64,000 nucleotides of DNA, from the sequence record NC_049851.1. One strand, 5' to 3'. Position 1 is the stretch's first letter; every line of letters begins with the position of its first letter. The notes under the pieces are model-generated. The model had not been told where the DNA came from and made no database searches. It saw only the letters and a program-made list of their open reading frames with translations. Below are positions 45,206 through 55,931 of the stretch, piece after piece. The position numbers were made by a program, and so were the translations under genes.

Positions 45206-48200
45206 TCAGCTTAGCACTCGAACTTTCAATGCTTTCATCTTCTTGAACTGCCCGTTGAGGGTGGCCGCATTTTGCACCGTAACCCCCATTTCCTTCAATT
45301 TTCGTGCAGTTTCGCGTATTTCTGCGATTGTGCCGAACCTGATCAGGCGTGCTGGGTGTACCTTCCACTCAGCCTTTTGCTTCGTTTTCCTCACCGCATT
45401 TTTCGTTCCCGGTTGGCCCGAGCCGCGCGGCAACATCAGGTACGCCTTCCCGTTTTCGAACACCGGGTACGGAGTGATCTGCGTGTCGTCGGCGCTGGCC
45501 ACGTGCTGTGTCACGTAGAAGTTCGGAAGTTTGGCCGAAGCCGCTGCCTTGATCCGATCCTGCGTGCCCGACTTCGCAACCAACTCATCGTGGAATCCAC
45601 CGAACCAGCGTTGTGCACCAGCCTTCATGAACTTCTTCGGGTGCCCGATACCAGCATCAGCCCACGCGTTCAGGATCGAGACGAAATGCTTAGGACCCTT
45701 GAGCGCGGCACGCGTCGACGCCGGGGCGGCCCGGAAGCCAGCAGCCTGCAACGTCTGGACCACCGTCATGTTTTCCATGTCACCGTCGTACATCAACCCA
45801 GCGTACCCGTTGTGGTCGACGAGACTCAGCTTCATGGTCAGAGCCTTCTTGCGCGCGCGGTCACGAGTGCGCTGCTCACGTGCCTGTCTACGCAGTTCCT
45901 TGACCTTCTGGGCCTTCGATTGCGCTCGGCTCAGCGTGTATCCAGCAGCCTGTACGTTACCTACGTTCACGAGGCGGAAACCCTTGACCTCGGCCATGCG
46001 CTCCCGGATCGTCTTGCCTTCCACCATGTCCTCAACCAAGAACGTGCTGGCCTTGCGCACACGAACCGAGAATCCAGAGTTCAGACGAACCGTCAAATGT
46101 TTGGCACGAGCGCCACACCTGACGATTTCACCTTCCCCGAATTCGGTGTGTACTGCGCGGCCCTTCAATCCGGACAGCGCGGCGTCCACTGCGTCATCCA
46201 GCGACTCGGCCCCGTCGTCGGCTGTAGCGTAGTCGTCCTCCACCTGATTCAGGTGATCGTCGATTCGCACCAGCCCGAGTTCGGCCATTGCTACCACGTT
46301 CGAACCCGGTGAGTACGGAACCAGTGACATGAAGCCCACATCCTTCGGTGCAGGTGCCACTGGAATTCGACGCATAGACGGCGCAGTTCCATACTTCTTG
46401 ACGTACGCCTGTCGATACTGCTCGTAGTCCTCGTCGCGCACACGCTCAAAAGCCGATAGCGCCTTTGCGTACTCCATCAGGCCCGGCCGATCTTCGCTGA
46501 CGAACTCCCACGTGTTGAACGAGAGAATCGAGTCAAGCGACATCTTGATCACCGGCACAGTCGGAAGTTCGGAGTACAGCGGATTGTCCGCGTTCTCGAA
46601 CTGAGCAACGCTGATCACCTTCGAGATCAGACGCGCAGCCTTCGTCACGTCGATGGTCTTGTTGACGGTGAACGAATCGAAGAACACGAACTCCCGACGA
46701 TCCTCCGACTTCAGTTCCGGTCGGTTGGCGCGGCTGTTACCCTGTTCGAGAGTACCCGGACTCCACACGACTTCGGATCGGCAGATGCGCGACACGAACT
46801 GGAAGTTGAGACCTTCGTTCATCGAGACCTCGACACCCACCATCCAGCGGATGCGTGCCATCTTCTCGAAGCGTCGGCCATGCTCCATCTTGTTCTCGGC
46901 CTTATAGAGCATCCCGCATTCGCGTAGCTCCGGGGGCGCAAGACGCCAGACTTCCTCAGCCGATATCACGTTGTTCGTGAACACCAGCACCTTGCCGTCA
47001 AACGGGCCGTACGGTGCCTTCTTCCCGGTCTCCGGATCGATGGCCTCACCGCCAAACAGGTGAGCGGCCACACGCTTCAGAATCATCTTGACCTTCGGGC
47101 TGTCGCGATCTGCTCCGTGGAGAAGTTGGGAACCCAAAGGATCGTGACCCGGTGCCATCAGGAACTGTTCAAGCCGGGCCAGATACGGGCGCAGGAGCGA
47201 CGCCAAGTCGTTGCCTGCATCTTCGTCGTGTTCGTCGTCGCCTTCCTCCTGATCTTCCACGTCGGCGCGCATGGCCTTGCGATCATGGCGGCCTAGAAAT
47301 CGCGACAGTTCGGAGTTCTCACGAGCCGCCTCTTCGATCTTCTGGATCGTTTCTTCCAGAATGGAGTCGTACACAGCCTGTTGGTTCGGGGTCAATTCGC
47401 AACCGCCGATCCACTCACGCTTCGTCGGTAGGAACGCGGCCCACTCTTTCCGCATTGCGCCCGCAACAACCACACGCTGCTTGATCTTGCGCATGATCTG
47501 CTCTTGTGCTCCGGGCTTCCAGAGCTTGACGCGGCCACCGCTCACCTCTTCACCGTACTTGGCATTGAACTCGTCACGAGTCCCGAACAGCGTGGGGTCC
47601 ATCGACGCCACCTGCATTGCCATGTCACTCGGGCTATCGTGTGCCATCGTGCCAGACGCCAGCCGAATCTTCGGGATATCGGTGATCAGGCACATGGACG
47701 CAAACGTCCGGGCCGTGTCGTTCTTCACGCGGTGACTCTCGTCGAGACCTGCATAGCAGAAACGGAACTGGCGCAGAAAGTCGATGATCGGGTACACGAC
47801 AACCGGCGTCGTCCCGTAGCACACGTTGTACTGACGGTAGCGCAGCGCATCGTAGTCACACACGACCACGGTGTTGCGGGGTGCGCTCTCCAACATCTTC
47901 TGCAAGCGCTCCAGTCCGTGCACCCGAATGTTCTCCATCGAGATCGGAATCACGTTCATCTGGCCGCCCGTGAAGTACAGCATTTCGTTCACGTAGTTGG
48001 CCAACAGGTGACCCGGACATAGCACGACGTACGGAGCGTACCGGTTGTGCAGAATCTCGATCAGGATGTCGGTGATCAGCAGCAACGATTTGCCACCGCC
48101 CGCCTGAACCGGAAGCAGTGCGAACAACGGGGATTCACGCAGGATGTTCCGAATTTTGAACTGGTGAGGCAACAGCCCAACCTTTCGCAATTCGTCGAGA

Positions 48201-49810
48201 AGCGGGATCGCCTCGATCTGCCACTCCGGGTCTTCCCCCTGAGTGATCGCGGCGTTGCGCAGGCGCACGTCCTCAGCGCGCAGTTCAGCCAAGCGCGGCC
48301 CGTACTCGGCTACCATGATCAGCCACGGCATCAACTCGCTCACCGTCCTCACCGAGTATTCGGTGTACACGGCTTCGAGGTTCTTGCTGATGGCCGCACG
48401 AATGGCCTTGAAGTAACGGGCGAGCGGACGGAACGCGGAGAACCCGGTCTCCAGAATATGCGCCCAATACACGTCGTCGACGAACTGCGGATCGTATTCG
48501 AATGCATCTGCCGCATACTGGAACCACTCGACCGGATTCGTCATGGTCTTGAGCGTGCCACGCAGTACAGCGTTCTTCACGTCTGCCAGATCAGACTCGG
48601 CTGGATTGAAGGCTTGAGCCGAAGTGACCCCAACCTTTTCTCCCATGGCCACCAGCAACTCAATCTGGCGCACCTGAACACGGCGCTCTTCCATGAGCAC
48701 GCGGATGTGCGGAACCTCAGCGGCCCGGTGACGGGTTAGATCGGTGACCTGAAGATGGCCCAGCGCTCCGGTGTACGCGTACTTGTTGTTCACCCAGTCG
48801 ACGAGCACCGGCACGTTCTTCGGGAGCTTGGCCTTCGGCTCGTGCCCAGCACGATGGGCCTCAGCACCCTCCGTCAGATCGATCAGGGCGTATGCCCCGT
48901 CGGCGCGCGTGCCTGCCTGCTTGTACCGTTCCTCATAGTCGATGACCTGCGCCAGCGGTATGGACTTCGGGATGAAGTAGGGCTTGCCGTTCGGGCCGAT
49001 AGACAGCAGGTGTTCGTTGACGCGTGCGCTCTCTACGTGCGAAGCAGGAAGCGTGTGCGCGATCTTCGAGATCGGGAACGCGGCCACCGGGGTCGTGCCG
49101 CGCTCACCAAAGGCGTCGCCTACCCACTGATGAAGCATCGGGTAGATGTCGATCTCACGCAGCGACGCCCATTCGGTAGTCGTCATCTGCTGAGCTTCGG
49201 CTTTCGTGATCCGGAAGTCGAGGAATGCGACTGCGAGACTGCCCTTCGTGGAGATTCGAAGCCGGTACAGGCATTGACGAATTTGGGCAGCGATAGGCTC
49301 CGGAACGTGGTGAGCCTCGCGCAGCACGCGGTCGACGGGCCACACGAGATCGGGCTGCTCGGGCGTCCGCGCCTCCAACATGGCGCGCAGACGTTCAATG
49401 TCCGCCGTATGCGCCACGGTCGCGCGCGGAGGCTCCCCATCACGCGAACGTCGGATGAAGTTTTCGAAGAGGAATCGGAATCCGGATTCCGGGGCCGCCA
49501 CCGGAAATGCGTAGACGGGCACCGCACACTCGACGTAGCCGAGTTCACGTTGCACCTTGACGCGCAGGTAGTTTGCGTTGACTGCACGGCCCGGAATCTC
49601 AACGAGGTGCATCTTGCGCTTGCCCTTCCCGAATTCAGGGTCGCGGGCAACGCTAGGAAACAGGGTGTTGGCCCAGAGCTTGGTGACGAACACCGTGGGC
49701 GAGCCGGTGTACCGCTTCGTGTACATGCACATGAAACGGGACTTCAGAGCCTTGCGATCCAGCGCCAAGTGCTCGGGTACAACGAGGTTGGTTGTTGGTC
49801 TGAGTGCCAT
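45206..49810 (-). CDS. large SNF2-family (SF2) helicase/ATPase
   Basis: motif I LPVQAGGGKS, motif II LDESH, motif III LASGT, motif VI EQGNSRANR; 1534 aa. Confidence 0.85.
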   Translation of the reverse strand: MALRPTTNLVVPEHLALDRKALKSRFMCMYTKRYTGSPTVFVTKLWANTLFPSVARDPEFGKGKRKMHLVEIPGRAVNANYLRVKVQRELGYVECAVPVYAFPVAAPESGFRFLFENFIRRSRDGEPPRATVAHTADIERLRAMLEARTPEQPDLVWPVDRVLREAHHVPEPIAAQIRQCLYRLRISTKGSLAVAFLDFRITKAEAQQMTTTEWASLREIDIYPMLHQWVGDAFGERGTTPVAAFPISKIAHTLPASHVESARVNEHLLSIGPNGKPYFIPKSIPLAQVIDYEERYKQAGTRADGAYALIDLTEGAEAHRAGHEPKAKLPKNVPVLVDWVNNKYAYTGALGHLQVTDLTRHRAAEVPHIRVLMEERRVQVRQIELLVAMGEKVGVTSAQAFNPAESDLADVKNAVLRGTLKTMTNPVEWFQYAADAFEYDPQFVDDVYWAHILETGFSAFRPLARYFKAIRAAISKNLEAVYTEYSVRTVSELMPWLIMVAEYGPRLAELRAEDVRLRNAAITQGEDPEWQIEAIPLLDELRKVGLLPHQFKIRNILRESPLFALLPVQAGGGKSLLLITDILIEILHNRYAPYVVLCPGHLLANYVNEMLYFTGGQMNVIPISMENIRVHGLERLQKMLESAPRNTVVVCDYDALRYRQYNVCYGTTPVVVYPIIDFLRQFRFCYAGLDESHRVKNDTARTFASMCLITDIPKIRLASGTMAHDSPSDMAMQVASMDPTLFGTRDEFNAKYGEEVSGGRVKLWKPGAQEQIMRKIKQRVVVAGAMRKEWAAFLPTKREWIGGCELTPNQQAVYDSILEETIQKIEEAARENSELSRFLGRHDRKAMRADVEDQEEGDDEHDEDAGNDLASLLRPYLARLEQFLMAPGHDPLGSQLLHGADRDSPKVKMILKRVAAHLFGGEAIDPETGKKAPYGPFDGKVLVFTNNVISAEEVWRLAPPELRECGMLYKAENKMEHGRRFEKMARIRWMVGVEVSMNEGLNFQFVSRICRSEVVWSPGTLEQGNSRANRPELKSEDRREFVFFDSFTVNKTIDVTKAARLISKVISVAQFENADNPLYSELPTVPVIKMSLDSILSFNTWEFVSEDRPGLMEYAKALSAFERVRDEDYEQYRQAYVKKYGTAPSMRRIPVAPAPKDVGFMSLVPYSPGSNVVAMAELGLVRIDDHLNQVEDDYATADDGAESLDDAVDAALSGLKGRAVHTEFGEGEIVRCGARAKHLTVRLNSGFSVRVRKASTFLVEDMVEGKTIRERMAEVKGFRLVNVGNVQAAGYTLSRAQSKAQKVKELRRQAREQRTRDRARKKALTMKLSLVDHNGYAGLMYDGDMENMTVVQTLQAAGFRAAPASTRAALKGPKHFVSILNAWADAGIGHPKKFMKAGAQRWFGGFHDELVAKSGTQDRIKAAASAKLPNFYVTQHVASADDTQITPYPVFENGKAYLMLPRGSGQPGTKNAVRKTKQKAEWKVHPARLIRFGTIAEIRETARKLKEMGVTVQNAATLNGQFKKMKALKVRVLS

Positions 49811-49831
49811 TCGAGTCCTATCTAAAACGAG

Positions 49832-49865
49832 AAAGGCCCCGATAACCTTCGCTATCGGGGCTATT
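49832..49865. terminator. intrinsic terminator
   Basis: GCCCCGATA...TATCGGGGC with T-tails. Confidence 0.65.
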
Positions 49866-49902
49866 CCTGCAAGTCTACCACAGGTCTGATCTATTTACTA
49901 CA

Positions 49903-50610
49903 TCAGACCGGGTGCTTTGTTGCGGCCTTGAATCGAATGGCCTTGAAGTGTGGCGTCCACAACACACGCTTTACGAAGTCTTCGAGTTCGGCGCGGCTTG
50001 GCATGTGGTTGGTCGGAAGATCGGGGAACGAGTGCACCACGATCTCGTAGCCAATATGCCACGAACGCGGCCCCTTATCGGGCGCTGCCTGCACGTAGAC
50101 CATGAGCCCCTGACCTAGGTCACGAACGTGTTTCTGGCCACGCCCAGCCGGGCTGAAACGCGGGTCCGGAGCCTGCCGAATCCATTGATCGAACGACGGA
50201 TCGCTAACCTCGACCAGTGCGTCGACGCATAGGATGAAGCCGTCGTCCGTCATGTGGACTTCGGTCGTCACCTTCTTTGTCAGCACATCGTCGAAAAGTC
50301 CGACACGATCCACAAACCTTGCGAGTTCGAGACGACGTTGACGCAATTCGTTTGAGATCGAATCGTTACGCGCCTGATGCACGTTCTGGAACGGATAGAC
50401 ACCACGGTCAGCGCACATCGTGACGTAGCGCGAGATACATTGCGCCCAGTCCTGTCGTGTGCTGCCCATGGGCTTCAGCTTCTCGACGGCCGCGATCCAC
50501 ACGCTCTTGTTGTTCGGGTTGAGCGAACGCGGGAACACTGTGGGGCTAGGTTCCCGTGCCTGCTCTTTCGGGTCAATGCCCAAGTGTGAGAGAAACGGGT
50601 AGTCCTTCAT
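49903..50610 (-). CDS. hypothetical protein
   Basis: start moved to ATG 50610, directly after the previous stop. Confidence 0.7.
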   Translation of the reverse strand: MKDYPFLSHLGIDPKEQAREPSPTVFPRSLNPNNKSVWIAAVEKLKPMGSTRQDWAQCISRYVTMCADRGVYPFQNVHQARNDSISNELRQRRLELARFVDRVGLFDDVLTKKVTTEVHMTDDGFILCVDALVEVSDPSFDQWIRQAPDPRFSPAGRGQKHVRDLGQGLMVYVQAAPDKGPRSWHIGYEIVVHSFPDLPTNHMPSRAELEDFVKRVLWTPHFKAIRFKAATKHPV

Positions 50611-50611
50611 G

Positions 50612-51064
50612 TTACTGGCCCATGAGGCGACGTGCCGCCGAGATCGCGATGCTGTTGTCCGCGACGGCTGCGGTAACGGAAGCCAGTTGCACGTCGTCAC
50701 GTTCGAGTTGCTGTTCGTGGCTCGGCGTGTCGAAGCCGCCGTCATCGTACAGGTCTGCCTGATCGCGCGCGTCACCTGCCCCCATGTTCGGCGCGCTGTC
50801 ATTGAGGGCAACCCGATCCGGGCTCGTGGTGCCGGGATCGTAGTCATCGACCAGCACCTCTTGGTCCTTCGACAGCGGAGCCGCCTGCTGCTCCAGCGGC
50901 TGGCCGCTCTCTTGCTGCCCGAGCATGCGGTAGCTGATGGCTTCCAGCGTCTCGTGGTCGACGCCCACCGATTCAGCCAGCATGTGGAACTGCTGATCGC
51001 TCGGCTGCGGGTTGATCTGGAGGAAGAGTTCGATCAGCGCTTCCAGAATTTGCGGATTCTTCAT
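50612..51064 (-). CDS. acidic hypothetical late protein
   Basis: AAGGA RBS. Confidence 0.7.
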   Translation of the reverse strand: MKNPQILEALIELFLQINPQPSDQQFHMLAESVGVDHETLEAISYRMLGQQESGQPLEQQAAPLSKDQEVLVDDYDPGTTSPDRVALNDSAPNMGAGDARDQADLYDDGGFDTPSHEQQLERDDVQLASVTAAVADNSIAISAARRLMGQ

Positions 51065-51073
51065 GTGTAGTCC

Positions 51074-51391
51074 TTAACCGCGACGTGCGCGGTGCAAGTG
51101 GTTATGTCGCTTGTCGTGGCAACCTTGGCAGAGGCTGATGAGATTGGCCGGAGAGTTCGTGCCTCCCGACGACAGGGGCACCAGATGATGCACCTCGTTT
51201 GCCGGTTTCTTGCACTGCTTTCCTCCGATAAGGGCACGGCAGAGACCACCGTCTCTCGCGATGATCTTGGCCCTGATCTCCCACCAACCCGCTTTCGTCT
51301 GCATCCCGTTGACGGTGTTGTAGTTCTCGCGTCGGATTGACCCGACACCAGAACTGCCACGACGTGCGCTCCTGATTCGGCGTGCGAACAT
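51074..51391 (-). CDS. HNH endonuclease
   Basis: RDGGLC...C...EVHHLVPLSSGGTNSPANLISLCQGCHDKRH; TAATG overlap start. Confidence 0.9.
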   Translation of the reverse strand: MFARRIRSARRGSSGVGSIRRENYNTVNGMQTKAGWWEIRAKIIARDGGLCRALIGGKQCKKPANEVHHLVPLSSGGTNSPANLISLCQGCHDKRHNHLHRARRG

Positions 51392-51786
51392 TATGCGCTG
51401 AAGAAGATGCGCAGGTCTTTGCCGATGCGCTGGATCACGATGCGGTGCTGGCCCTTGCACGAGAAGTTCGGGCGCGAGAGAACACCCTTGTGCACCATCA
51501 TCTTGTACCCCATCTTGTTCAGGATGTTGATGGTAGCCTGCGCTTCGTCCTCGATTTCGAGCGGATTGCTCTTGTGGAAAAGATGGTTCCTGCCCATCGA
51601 GTAGCGCAAGCGATTGCTGCCGAGAGTGGTGCGCACGTGTTCGAGTTCGTGATCACGTGCGGTGTCAAACTTGCCATCGACCTCGACATCTGCTGCGACA
51701 GGAGTTTCGTGGCCCGGTGCCAAATGCTCGGCGCGGGGTTCGGGTGCTGTCGCGAGCAATCGCTTTGCTGCTTCTACTGCAAACAT
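51391..51786 (-). CDS. hypothetical late protein (AAxRL motif)
   Basis: AGGAG RBS. Confidence 0.7.
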   Translation of the reverse strand: MFAVEAAKRLLATAPEPRAEHLAPGHETPVAADVEVDGKFDTARDHELEHVRTTLGSNRLRYSMGRNHLFHKSNPLEIEDEAQATINILNKMGYKMMVHKGVLSRPNFSCKGQHRIVIQRIGKDLRIFFSA

Positions 51787-51848
51787 ATTATCTCCTGAGA
51801 TTAATGCAGTTTGGGGGCACTAGGCCCCCGGTACTACTTAAATTGCGG

Positions 51849-53402
51849 TCAGTAGCTGTTGGCCACCACAGCACCACGGGCCACGCCGTAGGCCGGTGAG
51901 AAGCGACCCCACGCGGAAGCCGGAGTGATGGTCACGCCGACTGCGCCGATAGCCCCCTGCGCCAACCGAGTCGGGTCCTGAGAACCGTCGCCGCTCGTCT
52001 GCCCCTTGATGATGAGGTTGATCTTGATGTCACGCAACTCGTTGTCAAGGCGCTGCTGGATGATGCGTTGGGCCTCGTCCAGATAACGCGTACGATCCAC
52101 GCTCAACGAGATCGCAGCGCCTTGGAAGTCGAACGCCTTCTCGCCCTCAGCCAGAAACTGCGATTGAAGCGCCGCCATTTCGGCTTCCAGCAACCAGAAC
52201 TCACGAATCACACCACGAGCATTCGTCATCGTGAAGTTCGTGAACTTGCCGTACGCACCGTTGAACGCGTCCATGCCGCGTCGCAGCCACGTCAGGATCG
52301 TGGGGTGCGGATACAGCAGGTCGGGCGTCCCATAGAGCGTCGTGCGTGCCTTGTTGATCTTGGCCTTTACGTCCGTGATCGCGGTCATGATGCTGGGGTT
52401 GATGATCCAGAGGTCTGCCGACTCCTGAACCACGTTCGCTGCGTTGTTGCTCGCCCAGTATTTCCAGACCACGGTGTACGGGATCAGGGTGACTGCGAAG
52501 TCCGAAGTCGACACCACACCCGAGAACACGTAGCCGTTTGCCGTTCGTTCGTAGTCGGTGATCGGGGTCTGGGCCGCGACTTGATTGCCGTCGATCCAGA
52601 TTTCCAGAGTCACGTTGTCGTACGGCTTGTCGACGCAGATGCTGAGTGTCGCGGGCACGCCCTTCAACTCGACCTGCGGCTGCGTGCCCAGCGGCACCGT
52701 GTTGAGGCCGACGACACGCACGTTCTCGAACTGATAGAACCGATTCTGGCCCGGCGTGCCGGTCAGTGGATCAGCGCCTATGCCGATGTCCTGCGGAAGT
52801 TCCAGCGTGTAGCGAAGCTGATACTTCTGGCCTTCCAGCGACGGGGGAACCGTTGTCGGAATCGAGACCACGGACTGGGCGACCACCATGTGCGACAGGC
52901 CGTCGCTCTGGACCGTGTACGAGAACGCGTTACCTGCGGCGTACACGGTGCCATCTGCGGCCAACAGTTCCCAGACGACAAATCCGCCCGTAGGATCGGT
53001 CTCAGCCGGGAACGTATAGACGGAGGTTGCGATAGCCGCGTTCCCGGCCTCGATGGTGTCCACGAGGTCGGTGAATGCTTCAGGGTTCTCCGTCTTGTAC
53101 GGAACGAACGACGGGTCTTTGGCAGTGATCGCACACACCACAACGAACGTGCGTGCCTGTGTCGTGACCGTGAGGTTGACGCCGTAGCTAACACCGTCTC
53201 GGCCCCCCTGCGTCAGCAGCACAACCTTCGGGTTAGTCGGGTCCGACGTTAGTGTGGCGGTCAGCGCCGGGTTTGTGCCCGGTTCCGGTGTGCCGACCAA
53301 CACGTTGGTCAACGTCTCGCCCGGGTCCAGCAGGGGCGAAATGTCGACGTTGATCGACGTGTCGGTTTCGGGCACTTTGAAGAATACAAAGCGCCCGTCC
53401 AT
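51849..53402 (-). CDS. putative neck/head-tail connector protein
   Basis: 517 aa; helical C-terminal adaptor-like domain; late block. Confidence 0.5.
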   Translation of the reverse strand: MDGRFVFFKVPETDTSINVDISPLLDPGETLTNVLVGTPEPGTNPALTATLTSDPTNPKVVLLTQGGRDGVSYGVNLTVTTQARTFVVVCAITAKDPSFVPYKTENPEAFTDLVDTIEAGNAAIATSVYTFPAETDPTGGFVVWELLAADGTVYAAGNAFSYTVQSDGLSHMVVAQSVVSIPTTVPPSLEGQKYQLRYTLELPQDIGIGADPLTGTPGQNRFYQFENVRVVGLNTVPLGTQPQVELKGVPATLSICVDKPYDNVTLEIWIDGNQVAAQTPITDYERTANGYVFSGVVSTSDFAVTLIPYTVVWKYWASNNAANVVQESADLWIINPSIMTAITDVKAKINKARTTLYGTPDLLYPHPTILTWLRRGMDAFNGAYGKFTNFTMTNARGVIREFWLLEAEMAALQSQFLAEGEKAFDFQGAAISLSVDRTRYLDEAQRIIQQRLDNELRDIKINLIIKGQTSGDGSQDPTRLAQGAIGAVGVTITPASAWGRFSPAYGVARGAVVANSY

Positions 53403-53777
53403 TTAAGCACCTGCCGCGAGACGTTGTGCCGCCGTGATCGTGGGGGCCGAGTACAGGTTCGGGCCCGCGCCCGTGTCTTCATCCGGGTCCTGCACTTCTT
53501 CGACGTTCGTGTCGATCTTCGGCGGTGCGTCGGCCGTATCGATTTCGTGCTCCGGCTTCGCGGCTTCGGCGTCGTCACCGTGGAGCGATGATGCATAGAG
53601 GCGCGTTGCCGCGTTGAGTTCGATGGTTGCAGTTGCGTTCGTCATGATTTGCTTCTCCATTTTGCAGGCTGTGCACCACCCATCCGGACCACCGCATTTA
53701 GTGCGCATGCCGTCCGGACGTGGGCGCACGTGCCCATGACCCGAGTTCGGGTTGTTGATGTCAAAATCGAAACTCAT
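53403..53777 (-). CDS. hypothetical protein with an N-terminal GHGHV-x-PRPDG...CGG...C-x2-C module
   Basis: ORF packing; His/Cys module. Confidence 0.65.
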   Translation of the reverse strand: MSFDFDINNPNSGHGHVRPRPDGMRTKCGGPDGWCTACKMEKQIMTNATATIELNAATRLYASSLHGDDAEAAKPEHEIDTADAPPKIDTNVEEVQDPDEDTGAGPNLYSAPTITAAQRLAAGA

Positions 53778-53783
53778 TTTCGA

Positions 53784-54620
53784 TTACTTCAGTGCGGGCG
53801 GCAGGTCGCTACCCAGCGGTGAATCGAATCCTTCGTCAGCCAGCATAGAGGCTGCGGCTTCGCAAACCTGCTGAACATCCCGAAGGGGCGTTGTGCGTTC
53901 AAGGCTGTCAGGCGCACAGAACTCTTGGTTGATCTGCACGAAGTAGCCCGAGCCCAGAACCCATTGCAGCGATACGTACAGTGTCGGCACACGTCGGCCG
54001 TCATCGGCCTGCGCACCGCTCAGCATCGTATACGACGTGAAGACAAGGGAGCCAGAAGCATCCACGTTCACGTACAGGAACTGTTCGGTCCCGGCACACC
54101 GCACGTGGTTCTCCAGTTCTTGGGCCAGCGCCTGACGCACGTGATCGAAGGCTTCGGGCACATGCTGGTGTGCAACTGCCGACAAGAATTCGAGGACCCG
54201 ACGAATCTGGTCTTTACCCTTGGCCTTGAGTTCGGCCAGTACCTGCTGCACACGGGCCGCCACTTCACCACGTCGATCAGGGAACTGGAGCGCCACCTGA
54301 GCCTCAACGGCTTCAAGTGCGCGATACTGGTCATAGATTTCCTCGGCAGTACCATACTGCGCATCCAGCTTCTTGACGTGCGGGACGACCACGCGCTTGA
54401 TCGTCGCGTCGACCGAGGCTCCACGCAGACTTGCTGTTACGTTCTCCTTCGGTTTCGTGAGGTAGGCCACTGCCTGTTGCTGGACTCGAATCAGGTTCTC
54501 GGACTCGGACACGTCGTCCCGAAGCTTGTCCAGATAACGCGATACGTCATCCAGATAGCGGAACTTCGGTAGCTCCAGCGTGCACGCGCGCGGCTCCTGA
54601 TAGGTCTTTGGCTTTGCCAA
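53784..54620 (-). CDS. hypothetical late protein
   Basis: AGGAG RBS; 278 aa. Confidence 0.7.
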   Translation of the reverse strand: MAKPKTYQEPRACTLELPKFRYLDDVSRYLDKLRDDVSESENLIRVQQQAVAYLTKPKENVTASLRGASVDATIKRVVVPHVKKLDAQYGTAEEIYDQYRALEAVEAQVALQFPDRRGEVAARVQQVLAELKAKGKDQIRRVLEFLSAVAHQHVPEAFDHVRQALAQELENHVRCAGTEQFLYVNVDASGSLVFTSYTMLSGAQADDGRRVPTLYVSLQWVLGSGYFVQINQEFCAPDSLERTTPLRDVQQVCEAAASMLADEGFDSPLGSDLPPALK

Positions 54621-55856
54621 TTACGTTCTCCTGATACCTGTTACGTTGTCCCGTGCCATCAGCGTGGTCGGAGGCTTCGTCTGGGTGCGGGCACGGCGTG
54701 GTAGCAACCGGAAAATTTCCTGTGGCTGCGTTACCCGAACCATGGCTTCCCACCCCAAGATGTTGCGCTCACGCGTGTTCCACGGGTTGGTGTTCTGCAC
54801 CATCAGAGCCTTGCCAAACTGGCGCTCGACGATGATGTCCTCGGTGTCGGCACGCGGACAATTCGGGCTCATGATGATGTTGAAGGGTTCGTCTTTCTCC
54901 AGAAGTGCCGTGTTGTTGCCGGACGGCCGCTTCGGAAATTCAAAGTACACCGACTCTGCGCTAAGCCCGAACTGTAGTTCAAGGTGCGTGAATCGTGTAA
55001 AGCCGGAGGCCCCTAGAATGTGTTGACGCCCATCACAGAACTGCATGAAGTGCTGGGCGCTGCGGATCGGCACGCTGTCGACCGTGAAGCGTGCCGGTGT
55101 CGGCTCTGTATCGTTCCAGACGCGCAGCGCGTCAACGAGTATGGCACCGCGCGGCAGCACCACCCGCACGTCAAAGCCCGTTGCGTCCACTGCTAGAGGC
55201 CGTGCCAGCGTGTCAATAACGCCGCCATCACGCACCTGCACGTCAGTACACGTCAACACCTGCCGGTGGCCACGGAACGGGGTGTACCCACCAATGTAGC
55301 CAGAGCCAAAGCAGATCGGGCACGAGTTGTCGGAATGCCCCATCATACCGGCATCGAGATCACCGATGGCCTCTTCGACAGTCTCAGCCTGCACCGGCCC
55401 GTTGTCACCAAACCCGTTTCCGTTGATCAGGTCTGCGAACGGTATGTCGTCAAGATTCTCTGCGTTGTCCGGGTGTACCGCAACGTCAAAGACGCCTTGG
55501 TATTTGTTGTCCGGCGCGTTCGGGCTCGACTGACCTTCCGGGACCTTCCGGTTCTGGTTGTAGGCAGTGACGTTGAATTCCAGCGCGCCGCTGATCATCT
55601 GGTTGATGGCACCGAGGCTGGCCTTGCCCTCTTCGTTGAGCAAGCCGTTGATGCGTTTGCGCCGGGCCTGACACGTGCACGGGCGACCATTCGTGAGTTT
55701 CGTGTACAGGATAGACTCGATACCCTGCGGTCGAAACGCGTTGTAATAACGCTGCTGCATGACCGGCAGGATTTCTTGAATCGCCTTTTCCGCTACGTCG
55801 GCTGCGCGAGAGTTCGCGGCCAAGATGCGGTTGTTGTTTGATTCGCGTACGGGCAT
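54621..55856 (-). CDS. putative head-closure/neck protein
   Basis: CxC and CPICFGSGYIGGY motif typical of jumbo-phage neck proteins; AGGAGG RBS. Confidence 0.5.
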   Translation of the reverse strand: MPVRESNNNRILAANSRAADVAEKAIQEILPVMQQRYYNAFRPQGIESILYTKLTNGRPCTCQARRKRINGLLNEEGKASLGAINQMISGALEFNVTAYNQNRKVPEGQSSPNAPDNKYQGVFDVAVHPDNAENLDDIPFADLINGNGFGDNGPVQAETVEEAIGDLDAGMMGHSDNSCPICFGSGYIGGYTPFRGHRQVLTCTDVQVRDGGVIDTLARPLAVDATGFDVRVVLPRGAILVDALRVWNDTEPTPARFTVDSVPIRSAQHFMQFCDGRQHILGASGFTRFTHLELQFGLSAESVYFEFPKRPSGNNTALLEKDEPFNIIMSPNCPRADTEDIIVERQFGKALMVQNTNPWNTRERNILGWEAMVRVTQPQEIFRLLPRRARTQTKPPTTLMARDNVTGIRRT

Positions 55857-55931
55857 AAGCCCTCCTAAACTATCACTACTGCATAAAATTGCGAGATCAA
55901 AACGGCAATAAGGGGCGCAAGGCCCCAAGTT

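Noticed and set aside
45206-49810. Intein or intron in the large helicase
   Set aside because: No C/S...HN splice junctions or LAGLIDADG blocks were seen, and the frame is uninterrupted.
51074-51391. HNH as a mobile or defence element
   Set aside because: Small HNH genes in morphogenesis blocks are common packaging or homing accessories. Nothing here distinguishes this one.
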